64,000 nucleotides of DNA from contig CM074807.1 of assembly GCA_037447605.1 (NCBI GenBank), positions 1,736,001 to 1,800,000 of the forward strand. The letters are read 5' to 3'. This document shows, in pieces, positions 1-11,314 of this stretch. A model generated the notes under the pieces. It worked only from the letters and a program-made list of their open reading frames with translations, made no database searches and was not told the origin of the DNA. Each line of letters begins with the position of its first letter. Positions within the stretch are counted from its first letter, which is position 1. The position numbers and the translations under genes are program-made. The stretch is from Zygnema circumcarinatum SAG 698-1b (taxonomy: Eukaryota > Plantae > Zygnematophyceae).

Positions 1-200
1 TCCCTCTCTCTGACGAATTAGTCCTATTTGCCTCTGATACTTCTTTGTCTTTGTGAAGACGAGATCCTTTGGCTTTTAGGTTTCTGGAACTTGATGGAAA
101 TTGCATCCATCCTTTTCTTGGTGTGTCAGTGTATTTATATTTTTCATACTTACAGTCGTCTTCCTTTTTTATATTTATTTATTTTGGGTATGTGGCACAG

Positions 201-1812
201 ATACACAATGAAGCTGCTTCCCGTTGAATCCACCTGCTATGCCTCGGTCTCTGAGATCAAGCAGGCCATGGCTCCGCTTGTGGAGCGCCATTTTTCCGTC
301 AAGGAGGGAGAGAAGCCTCTGACTGTAAGTTTCCTCTCTCTATCCCTCCCCCCTTCTCTCCCTCCCCCCTCCCGCCTCTTTTTACCTCTCTGCATGTCTT
401 TCTGCTCCTCCGTCTACCTCCCTCTCATACTCCCTCTCCCTCCCCCTTCCCTGCCGAGCTCCCTTTCGTTCTCGCTCTGCCCCTCCTCCCACACACTCTC
501 CCTCTCCTTCCCCTCCGCTTTCCTCCCTCCCTCGCCTCCACCCACTTCCCCTTCCTCCCCTCTCACCTTCCTCTCTCTCTCCCATGCCCTTCCCCTCCCC
601 TCCCCTCCCCTTCCCCCTTCCCCTTCCCCTTCTCCCCCTTCTCCCTCGCCCTCTCACACGTTCCATGGTGCGCAGTTTGCCGTTGTGTTAGAGGTGCGCG
701 CGCACTCGGGGTTGGACAAAATGGCTGTCATAACGGCGGTGGCGGAGATGGTCCCAAAGCCGCACAAAGTTGATTTGAGCCATCCGGAGAGAAGCATTCT
801 GGTACAGGTGGTCAAGGTGAGGGAGGGCTCTCTCTCGCTCGCTCTCTTTCTCCCCCTCGCTCTCTCTCCCTCCCTCTCTCTTCCTCGCTATTTATCTCTC
901 CTGCCCCGCCCTTAAACGATTTCTTCATGTTCTGTCTTTGAGGCCCCATCCTCCCTCTCTCTCCCACTTTTCTAGAGTCGACCGTTCCTATCCCTCTTTC
1001 TCTCCCCTCCCGCCCTTTTTTATCTTATCCCATTGGTTTTCTCTTTCTCTCCAACTTTCCTCGCTCCCCTCTCCTTGCTCGCTTCTCTCTATCTTTCACC
1101 GTTTACTCTTTCCCTCCCTCATTTTCACTCTTTCTGGTCCCCATCTCTTTCCCCCTACTCACCTCAACCTACCCTCTTCCCTCACCCCTCTCTCTCTCTT
1201 TCTAACCCCTTCCCCCGCTCGCCCCTCCTCTCTCTCCCCCTCTCTTTCTCTTCCCCTTTCCCCACCTATCCACCTCTTCTCTCTCCCGCTCCCTTGATTG
1301 TCCCTGCTCCCCCCCTCTTTCGCCCCTCTCTGTCACGCTCTCTGTGTCTCTCCCCCCTAACTCCCGCGGTTCCTCCTTTGCAGACCACCTGCACTCTCGC
1401 TGTGGTGCGAGAATTCAAAACTTTGGCAAAATACAATTTGCGCCAGATTGTCTGTCCGGAAGATAATCTGCCAAAAGCCGAAAAGTTTGCCCATGGAAAA
1501 TCAGAACGGAAATTTTCCACGTACGGGAAAAGGGAGAGGAAAGCTGCTTCTGCTTCTGCTTCTAAGGAAAGTGATATTGAGAACGCTCAGAAGGATGTAA
1601 AATGTGGCAGCGATGAACATGTTGTGAGCGATGTTGGAAACTCTAAGGGAGGGAGGGACGGGAAGGGAGAGAATGCGGCGGAGCGGGAGAGGGAGGCGGA
1701 GGTGAGGGAGAGGGAGAGGGAGAGGGAGGGAGAGGGAGCGGGGGGGGAACAGGGGGATGGGGATGGGGTGGAGAGAGGGAGAGTAGAAGGGAGGGAGGTT
1801 GGTGAGGAATGA
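201..1812 (+). CDS. THUMPD1: THUMP domain-containing protein 1 (TAN1/THUMPD1-like), 3' part; 5' exons lie before the window
   Basis: Exons 201-324 (YTMKLLPVESTCY...KPLT), 676-816 (FAVVLEVRAHSGLDKMAVITAVAEMVPKPHKVDLSHPERSILVQVVK) and 1384-1812 (TTCTLAVVREFKTLAKYNLRQI...) join in frame at GT-AG sites. HKVDL..P...ILVQV and KYNL are typical THUMP C-terminal motifs. Confidence 0.85.
325..1383 (+). repeat. (CT/CCT)-rich microsatellite introns of the THUMP gene
   Basis: Near-pure pyrimidine tracts at about 330-660 and 825-1380; they produce the spurious Pro/Ser/Leu ORFs in the track. Confidence 0.9.
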
Positions 1813-2262
1813 ACCTCCTGCCTGACAAGGGGTTGGAAGGAGTGGCAGGTAGGGAGGCATTGTGACGTTCCGATGCAATTAAAAAAATTGCATCCGTTAG
1901 TGGTGTTCATAACATGTGAGTGTCACGTCACGCATGCGTCATCAAGGCCATCTTGACAGTTCTAACCATCGAAAAAGACGTGCGCTGTTAGAAGCATCAA
2001 GGGTCTCCCCTTTTTATTTTTAGTCTTTCCCCCCACTTTGTTTTTGTTTTTCCTTCTTCTGTCCGGTCAAAGGACTGACAATTGACAGCGCCATTGCCAA
2101 TGGTTGGCGATGTCGGATGGCGGTCGTTCCAACCATTGGGAAAGAGTTCGACCACTGCATCCAACGGCCTACCCCACTCGACATGAATTGGACGGTTCGA
2201 TCGTATCCTCCGTAAAGCCCCAAAACCTTCGCACGCGACAACCCAGCATTGCAGCAGGGAGA

Positions 2263-2701
2263 CACGTGACGTTTCCATGCGAGAATCTATAAAAACAGTT
2301 CCTTACGATTTCCAATTGCCATAGACTTGCGTGGTTGCTCCCTGAGATTCACAAATGCGTGTTGCATCAAGTGATGTGCCAGTCGGTAGACGATATCAGA
2401 CGCGTAAATATCGTCAAATTTAGTATCGAAATACATCGATATCAGACTGAGATATATCGACAGACATGGGTCCATCTCTGTCGATATATCTCAGCATAAT
2501 ATCGATATATTTTTGACGTGTTTTGGAATTTAACCATTGACTCGCCACGTGTCACCACGCTTGTCGGGCGGCACCCAGGCCGTTGGATTGTCCTGTTCCA
2601 AATTACTGTCACGTGGACTTGCCACGTGGCAGAAGTCTTTAAACTGTTGGATTGATGCCTACGAGATACTGTATCGAGTTTTTGTCGGAAAGTGCCACGT
2701 G
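2263..2701. promoter_or_regulatory. G-box (CACGTG) cluster
   Basis: CACGTG at 2263, 2546, 2610, 2623 and 2696, two of them as perfect GCCACGTGGC; two more at 4270 and 4284. Function untested. Confidence 0.3.
2385..2520. repeat. CGATA-rich inverted repeat / hairpin
   Basis: CTGAGATATATCGACAGA (2448-2465) is the exact reverse complement of TCTGTCGATATATCTCAG (2477-2494). Imperfect pairing (ATCGATAT) continues outward. Confidence 0.85.
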
Positions 2702-2996
2702 GCAGCCAGCCGCCACACCGACATTTCGGCCGAAGCAGAGCTCGCCCTCGCTCGCACGCGCAGGGGACGGACGGACGGACTTTGGCGACTTTTTGGCTGA
2801 GCCCTCGAAACCACGACAACCGCTCCACCCTCTCGCGCGGGCGAATTTGCCGTACGGAGGGCGACGGCCCCGGCACAGCGGGCATGCGATACGATACGAA
2901 ACGATATTTGCGCAAAGAGCGGGGTCATCGTGACCCGGTCATGGCCCGGTTATGACCCATGAGCAGAGTCCGTACCGTCTGCGCCGTACCGTCGGA

Positions 2997-3965
2997 CCCC
3001 ACCCACCCATTGGATCCAATGGTTAAAACCATTGGCTGGGTATCCAGCCAACCATTGCCAATGACTGCAACCATTGGACCATTGATTCCCGCCCCACCCA
3101 ACCATTGTCAATGGTTGCAACCATTGGCTGCCTACCCAGCCAACCATTGCCAACAACTGCAACCATTGGACCATTGATTCCCGCCCCACCCAACCATTGT
3201 CAATAGTTACAACCATTGGCTGGCTTCCCAGCCAACCATTGCCAATAACTGCAACCATTGGGCCATTGATTCCCGCCCCACCCCATCATTGCCAATGGTT
3301 GCAACCATTGGCTGGCTGACCAGGCCACCATTGCCAATAACTGCAACCATTGGGCCATTGATTCCCGCCCCACCCAATCATTGGATCCAATGGTTGCAAC
3401 CATTGGCTGGCTTTCCAGCCAACCATCGTCTATGACTGCAACCATTGGACCATTGATTCCCGCCCCACCCAACCATTGGATCCAATGGTTGCCACCATTG
3501 GCTGGCTTTCCAGCCAACCATTGCCAATGACTGCAACCATTGGACCATTGATTCCCGCCCCACCCAACCATTGTCAATGGTTGCAACCATTGGCTGGCTT
3601 CCCAGCCAACCATTGCCAATAACTGCAACCATTGGGCCATTGATTCCCGCCCCACCCCATCATTGCCAATGGTTGCAACCATTGGCTGGCTGACCAGGCC
3701 ACCATTGCCAATAACTGCAACCATTGGGCCATTGATTCCCGCCCCACCCAATCATTGGATCCAATGGTTGCAACCATTGGCTGGCTTTCCAGCCAACCAT
3801 CGTCTATGACTGCAACCATTGGACCATTGATTCCCGCCCCACCCAACCATTGGATCCAATGGTTGCCACCATTGGCTGGCTTTCCAGCCAACCATTTTCT
3901 ATGACTGCAACCATTGGACCATTGATTCCCGCCCCACCCAACCATTGGATCCAGTGGTTGGCTGG
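2997..3965. repeat. 92/95-bp tandem minisatellite (about 10.5 units) with a 374-bp higher-order repeat
   Basis: Anchor ATTCCCGCCCC recurs at 3085, 3177, 3269, 3361, 3456, 3551, 3643, 3735, 3830 and 3925 (spacing 92,92,92,95,95,92,92,95,95). Variant units repeat every fourth unit. Confidence 0.95.
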
Positions 3966-4035
3966 ATCGGGGAACCAACGGTTTGCAAATCGCGACCATT
4001 CCAATGGTTGATCCATCCCATGGTCCCTTGGCCCC

Positions 4036-4210
4036 GAATGTTTTCGGCTACCCTTCCTTCGAGAACGTCCGCGATTGGATGAGCGTCGGCCGGGCAGCTG
4101 AAGTCTGGAAACGGGCAGATCGGAAATGGTTTCGGCTGCCCCAACCTTGAAGCAAACGTTCGCGATTGGGCGTGCGTCGTCCGGGCAGCTAAAGTTTGGC
4201 TCCGGGCAGC
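4036..4210. repeat. Diverged two-copy ~90-bp direct repeat
   Basis: TTCGGCT at 4043/4131, CGCGATTGG at 4070/4161, CCGGGCAGCT at 4090/4181. Confidence 0.75.
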
Positions 4211-4417
4211 ATTCAAATGATTTTAAAAAAATTCGGAGTGTGCTCGGGGACAGCCACTTGTCGACAGGCCACGTGTGAGATTCCACGTGTCAACACGCAG
4301 CTCTACGCCGGTCTACCAATGAGTGGCCCCAACCGTTGGCCGCGTCCAGTGGTTGGCGGCCACCGGCTGGACCCCGTGGTCCACCCCGTGAAAGGATGCC
4401 CTCCCCTTAACAACAGC

Positions 4418-5010
4418 ATGGCCTCCCTCGCCTCGCCTCGCCTCGCCTTGCCTCAGGCGGAGGCCGGGGCCGTGCGCGAGTCGCGACGGCAGCTCACCAA
4501 ATCACCGCAAAAGCTCCAACAAGTGCCAACGGCCAACCTCGAGTGGGTACTTAGAAACTGGACTCGAACTGACTCGAATAGACTTTTTGCAGAACCAAAG
4601 TCGAGCGCGGCCGCCTGGACCTCATTCAGAAAGAATCGATCGGTGCATGTGATGAGCTGAACTCGCCTCGCGCATGCAATGGCTCCAGAGCCTCCCTCCC
4701 TCCCTCCCTCCCAATGCGCCCCCACCCTCCCCCCGCCCCTCTCCATCTCTCCGCTGAATCTTTCTCCGATTTCCTCCTCGCTCTGAATTGCAGAGGAGTT
4801 AGGGTGGTTCCTTTATAAATATTAGAAAACGATCATGACTGTCTCTGGCCGTGTCCGGTCTCAGGGCAGACACCTCTGAACGTAGAACCATCAACACTGG
4901 CAATATCGGAACCATCATCACAGGCAGCCATTTCTCGGCAGCTACGGACGAAGAATATTGCGCACATCCTATTTCTCACCAGATTTCCACTCCGCACTAC
5001 AAATGGATGC
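4418..5010 (+). pseudogene. Possible decayed spliced ORF of unknown family
   Basis: ATG in good context at 4418, a pyrimidine-rich intron-like tract ending TTGCAG at about 4793, and protein-like fragments (TKVERGRLDLIQKESI / EELGWFLYKY) interrupted by stops. No family recognised. Confidence 0.2.
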
Positions 5011-5353
5011 ACGCTCTAAGCCGCGCAATCGTTTTTCTGCCTCTGAATGCAGTTGCAGCCCTTCCAACATTGGCGCTTCTATAATGTGCGATGTAAACCT
5101 ACATGCTCTTCACTGACAGATCTGTCTTTCCCTCACAAATGTACACACCCAGGTGGAGCCTCGACCCAATGTCCCAATGCCTCACTTCGAAAGAGAGACA
5201 GTCTTTCAAACGGTCTCGTGCCCCCCATGTTCACGACTTCGACTGTGGAATTGGGCATTGCAGCCCTCCATGTCTGACCACTCCAAGGTCGGCCCCTGCA
5301 CTGCAAGAAGCCCCAACGCCTGCCTGCACTCAGGCAGGCGCCGTCCAACAGTC

Positions 5354-8300
5354 TCAAGGAGGGCCCAGAAGTCGCCTGCGGTCTTGCCTTTGTCTTGTGT
5401 CCAGGCCTACAACGTCCTGCGGATTCAGCTCCATATCGCGTCTGCAAGACAGGTTCCGACCCCCAGTACGTAAAAGTTTGTGTTTCCAAGAAGGGAGAAG
5501 CCCGCGATAACACAGGCAGAGAGAGACGATAGAAAGACAAAAGTGCATCTGGCTGCAGACTGAAAGCTGCTCTCAGGAGGTTTGCATTGGGAGCTCACTG
5601 GAAGACAAAACCAGGAACTGAGAGGTTCTCTCGGGGAACGTAGCGGAAAAGGTCCAACAACCGGTCAATGTACTTCACTTTTCGCCAAACCTGTCACAAG
5701 CAGCAGTCATACATATCAGCTCTTTGATCCCCGTTGAAAACAATGGACCCATATTACATTCACCAGCCATATGCAGCAGGATATCCTAATGGTCTCCGAA
5801 TTAGCGATATGAGAGCCAAGCCAGAACGTGTTTCCAAGTCTAGACTTGCTAGAACCATCACCCATTGCAAGCGCACTATCAAGCATAGTACTTCTCAGCA
5901 TTCAACGGAAAAACTTCCACCAGCAGATGCTGATACAGATGACTCGCTCATTTCTCTTATGCATACAACAATTCTAAGTTCCAAAATTAGCACTTGGCGA
6001 AAACAAGAAAGCACAAAAGCTGGCTGCAGAATAGAGCTCAAAGGGACATGTTCGACTCCATTCACTCACCTCCCCATCCACCAAGAGTTGAAGACCGGCA
6101 ATGGCTGCTCTTAGTCCGATAGTTGGGTGTAGCACGTATATGGTCTGCGAAAGTGAAAACCAACATGGCTCCAAACTTCTCTTTAAGTAGGGAAGCAAGA
6201 GAAACCTAACACACTTTAAAGCACTGACTCCTACATCTAATCTCAGCCTGAGGACAACCGAAACAACGGTGCGGTGCTGAGCCTTGAACTATCCCCCTCC
6301 CGCTGCTGCTCTCAGAGCTGCCCCCTTGAGCTGACCTGGATATTATAGCGATGCTTTCGCCCAAGTGCCTGCTGGAGGCGCCGCATCCACCCGAAGTCAG
6401 GGTTGCTGCCAACAAAGCACTCAAAGGGAGAGAATCAACAGAAGAAGAAGAAGCAGGACAGACTTATCTCTCACTAAGAACAACCACACGGATTGAGAAA
6501 GAGTGGGAACAGGTTCATGTTCTCGAGGAGTAGCATCGACCAAAGAGAGGTAGAGGAAGAGTTAGTTCAGTGCTATCTGTACCTCGCATCAGTGGGCAAT
6601 AAGGAAAAGTTAAACAGAAAAAGGCACGTTGACATAGGAAGCAGTGGGATTTGAAAGAACGTGGAGGACTTACATGGGAAGATGCGCTTCTGAATGGAAG
6701 TAGACAAGAGAGTACGGTCTGTGGGTGAGGGAATCAAATTCCTACACAAAGACAAACAAATAGTTGAGTGACCTTAAAGCTGCCCTGAATTGACGAGTAA
6801 ACAACAGACTTGAAACGAACCAGTGACAAGCGTGCACTGTGCCTTGCTAGCCAATAAAGTTTCTTTAGACTTCCAGCAACTAGCAACCTCTATCCTGCGA
6901 CTTTTGCCGTGGACATCCACATGAGCTCGAAAGGCGATCCACCACAAAGGTCCATGTCCAACACAAAATCAGAAACAACAACGCTCACAAGAGTTTTGAA
7001 GGAGATTCCTTATGTTCTCTCCGTACCTTGACAGCATAGAGCACAAAATGGTCAGGGTCCATCGCTCGCAACACAAAATGTGCTCCTACCACCACCATCA
7101 GCTGTCTTCCCTCCACATCGCGGCCCCCTCGATACCTGCAGGGCCGAGTTCACAGCCCCTATTCCTCATCAAGATTGCCGACATTCTTCGAAAGAGTCAA
7201 GTGTTCTCCTTCTTGTTCACTACTCGCCCATCCGCTGAGCAAAACCAGAAGTGCAACCTCGATCGCCACCTCAGTGTCAATAATCGAGATGCACGCAAGA
7301 AACGAACCTAACCTTCGTCCGGCGATGCTCCCAAACGAAATCCAACTCTCAATTTGCCAGCCAGCCGACTGGCCATTGCAACTCACAAAGGCAGAAAACA
7401 TCATTTCCGGCTCCCAAACAACCGCAGTCCATGTCAATCATACTCAACCCCCCCCCCCATCATTCAGCCCCACTTTCCCATCATCTCCTCCAGCCATATC
7501 AAACACCCCCACCATCCGCATCCGACCCACTTACAGTATCTTCATCTCCCCTATCTCGCTGAGATTGGTCGACTGCGCCCTCGCCAGGTAACGTGCGTGC
7601 AGGGAGTCTTCCTCCGCCGCCGTGAGAGGCGGCCCCCCGAGCCCCCCCAGGCCGGCCATGCGCGTCCACGACCACCCCGCTTGGGCCTGCGCGGCGCGGT
7701 CCCACTGCTCCTGCCGCCGCTGGTCGGGGTCGCGCATCATGGCCATGAACAAGGGGTCCACAAGGGCCTCTAGGGACTCGCTCCTGGACAATGCAACACG
7801 CAGAAGGTGGAGGTGCAGGACCTGAAACCCCCACCACCACTGGAGAGGGATTCGCTGAATTCTTCTTCTTCTTCTTTAGTTTTGTTGAGGGGGGTTTGTC
7901 GTAAGACTCTGTTTGTGGGAATTCGGTTTTTTAGGGGTGTGTAGTAAGATAGTGTCCCTGATGGGCGGGCGTTCGAATGTGGTACTAGATTATTTCCGCA
8001 TTCACCCCACAGGATGTTTTTTAGGATGGAAAGTTTCGATGATGTATACAGATTGAAAGGGCCTACCTGGGTGCGAAGTGGTTCCTAGTGAAGGTTGAAA
8101 CTGGAAGAGGTTCTCGCACAGAGGATGACCGCCACACCCCCGGAAGAGCTTTTATTCTGATTTTCCTCTCACTTACAACAGTTTCACCATTTTCGTCTCC
8201 AGTATCTGCTGGGAGCTTTGTCCGGGCAGCATCTTCTTCGGCCTTGTCCCTCGGAAAGTACAAAGGAAGAACCCTGGAGAGAATGCAAAGAGAAGAAATT

Positions 8301-11001
8301 GGAACAGAGTGACAAAATTGTTTCAAAGGAGACAACTTGGCAGCCCACCCCAGATAATGAACCCGACAGCATCTCCATTCCAAGGACATGTTTCCCCGCC
8401 ATGCTTCTCACGGGTTTTAGAGTGCCTTTGGCACCCATAAAAACGACTACATTAATTCTCACGAATATCGACAGGTGCTGCTTCGTGTGCGCAGTAGTGC
8501 CAGATTAGAATGCATGGAGAACGAAGTGCAGAAAGGAGATTAAAGTACAGAAACGATTTCCTAAGTCTTGATGACTCACCTCCTGTAGATTTCAGTATCC
8601 TGACCCGTGATTGTGCATATAACAAGAGCTTCCACTTTGTGCTTGTGTTTCTCCAAAAAGCGCCTCACAGTTCCTGCTAGTCATGCACAAACGTGCCAGC
8701 TAAATTTTTGATGATACAGCAGCAAAAGAGCAGCCAACTCCATTTTAAATAGCACTTACACTTTCAAATGGTGGAAAAACGACACCACTTAAAATGAAAG
8801 AAAGGGAAAAGAAGGTCAGCCCTCTAGCTCCCTCTGGAAACACTCAGGCGACCACAATGGCAACACTTGCATTCAGAATGTCATGCGCAAGTTCAACCCA
8901 TGTAACCCAAGAAACCAGTCAAGTAAGAATGACACGTTTGTTATCAAATCGACATACCATACATAGACTTACTAATGAATGACAAACTTTCACTCCACTT
9001 ATACATTCACCCATACCATTTATGTACTACTTCACAGGTCCAGCGTGCATCTTGCTTTGACACTCATAGAATGTTCAGTAAAAGCGTGCCCCTTGTATGG
9101 CAGTTTGCTATGACCTGCTATATTCTGCATTCCCTTCCACAACGTGAAACCACCAAACAAATTGCTCAATTGTAGGGTAGATATTGCGTTGGACATACGA
9201 ATGGCGATATGTGCACCCGATTCCCGGGGAAACCCCTTAGCCTCCATGTATATACATCCAAATGCAATGCTGGCCCCCAATAGCCCAGGTGAAACATATA
9301 AGCTGAGGATTTCTTGGTAAAGACGTCCATAATTTTTGACAACCAGAGTGGAGCAGTTGAGAAAGGCAGGCTCCAAAGAGAACCTCATCTTGTTGATTGT
9401 TGCCAACACGGACGAAAAGCAAACAGAAGCCTATTGTAGAACATCACACAGACAACCCTCACCTTTTCAAGTCGTTCTCAATAAGCAGCTCTAAACACGA
9501 TCTATAACAATGGCTGAGAGCATTCTCAGCAGCTGTGGAAAATTTTGGGTTGTATTTCGGTCCTACAGTGTGAATCACCCTCCTGTGGACGCCACGACAG
9601 AACCGATTAGTGAGTATAGTTTCACTTTAAAAAACTTATGGTCTGCAAGCTCCGGGAAGAGAAGCCTTCTCAATTCTGAGAGTGTCATAAAAAGTTGCAA
9701 AGGTTATCTCTTCTGTACAAATTCGTGTCAGATGATTTTTTGGCATGAAATTATAGTCCAGACGTTGTGAGTAAAGCCTAACGCATCAATGCTAACAATA
9801 AGGATTAGCTCGAGGATTCCAATGCTATGATAGATTCAGTCGCTGAAGCTTGTAAAAAAAATCACTGATAACACCTGGCAGGTAAGTCGTAAGCACTGGT
9901 TATCCTTGCATCGCCGGCTTTGCATTGCCCAAAGGATGATGTCTGCAAAAAGCCAGAAAAAAGGAAGGAACTGCTTGTGGAACATTGTCCAAAAACGTAC
10001 TAACAGCACTGTGATAATCAGTGTCTTGGTTTACGATATATTTTCTTAACATAGTTTGGTTTCCGGTTTTTATTTTCGCTGTCTCTGAGCCTCTGAATAG
10101 GTAGAATAGAAGAAGCATGATATGAAACCAGTACTACCTTCTTGTGCTGGTGAAAACCCAGTCCCCCACCTTTCGAGTGGAAACGAAGGCAGGAAAACAG
10201 AGGCGCTTGCCTGAGACTTTCCAAAACACTTAACGATTACCAAGAGGAATCTGGACTTCAATATCTCTTGCCAAATCTCGGATTAAGTTCCCTCAAGAAA
10301 TATAGCGCTATTGGCCCAAATTCACATGGCAAACAACTTACCACCACGGCGCACTCCTCTGCCAAACCCGGGCCTGCTGCAGCATGCAGACCAGTGCTAG
10401 AGACGGCCTCATCAAGGTGCTGCGATGAAGCACTACAGGAGATATTAGCTACATAAGTCATTCCAACGATGGTTAAGCGCACAAAGTGCAAAATAAAAAG
10501 CCAAATACTGTCAAATTCTATGAAAGACATTGGGCTTAAGCGGAACATGAGATAAGAACTAAGAAGACGTGAGGGTGAAACTGACGGAATGTGCAACCCA
10601 TTCAGTAGGTTCTTCCCAGACTCACAACAAGTTTATCAACCACTATGGTTTTGAAAAATGGGGATAAATCAAATGTTACCACCCTGGATTTTCTATATGC
10701 TACGCACCTCATTTGTGCTATTTACGACTGCATCAACTTCGAGTGTCCACGGCGTGCCTCTCCAAAGGTAAATCTTTGAATTGATTTCAAAATCCACTGG
10801 AAACTTTGATGGCAAGTCACAATCAGCGCTCTCCCCTACTGGTGAAGTCAAGGGGTCTTGGAAATTTCCATCACCTCCAGATATTCCAGTTATCTGTCTG
10901 CCATTCGTTGCCAGAGACTCAATCGTGGTCTCTTGCTCTATCCACTTTGGCACTTGATCTAATCTTACAGTGTGATCTGCTCTGAAGCCACGAGCGTACA
11001 T
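5354..11001 (-). CDS. GDAP2: GDAP2-like protein (macro/Appr-1-p domain + CRAL-TRIO/BCH domain), multi-exon
   Basis: Spliced peptide MYARG...KFPVDFEINSKIYLWRGTPWTLEVDAVVNSTNE / GLHAAAGPGLAEEC / VIHTVGPKY / SIAFGCIYMEAKGFPRE / LPLYFPRD / SLHARYLARA...EMKILYRGG / PDFGWMRRLQQ / IYVLHPT / VWRKVKYIDRL; all GT-AG junctions. An alternative in-frame ATG lies at 11016. Confidence 0.93.
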
Positions 11002-11314
11002 CTTCGAAGCAGGCATAGAGCAAAGTCATGAAACGATTGTTGCTCTGAGAGTACCGTCAAAAGTCCTCATCTTCAGCAAGCAGACTACGCCTTGCCTTTG
11101 CCTTTGTAAGCCATGCCTTCCATCTTGCACAAGATTTGACAATTAAAAACCTATCCTCCTACCGCCTCTATCGTGTCCGCATGGCCCCTGAAATGCTGCC
11201 CTTCCGCTTCTGCAAGCGCTCGCCAGCTGTTGTTTGAAGGTTAAAAAATTGGAGCCGCGCGTGCGCAGGACACAGGCAGAGCAGCGACGGAAGGGGAGAA
11301 GAAGGAGACGGAGA

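Noticed and set aside
28-1828. Long Pro/Ser/Leu and Arg/Glu/Gly ORFs
   Set aside because: Translations of CT/GA microsatellite introns; only the three short exons are coding.
2204-2860. Stowaway-like ends (CCTCCGTA...TACGGAGG)
   Set aside because: Only 8 bp match, the consensus CTCCCTCC end is missing, and there is no TA duplication on the right.
2997-3965. CRISPR-like array of palindromic repeats
   Set aside because: The whole monomer repeats head to tail with no unique spacers, no cas genes are present and the context is eukaryotic. The ORFs at 2950-3999 are repeat translations.
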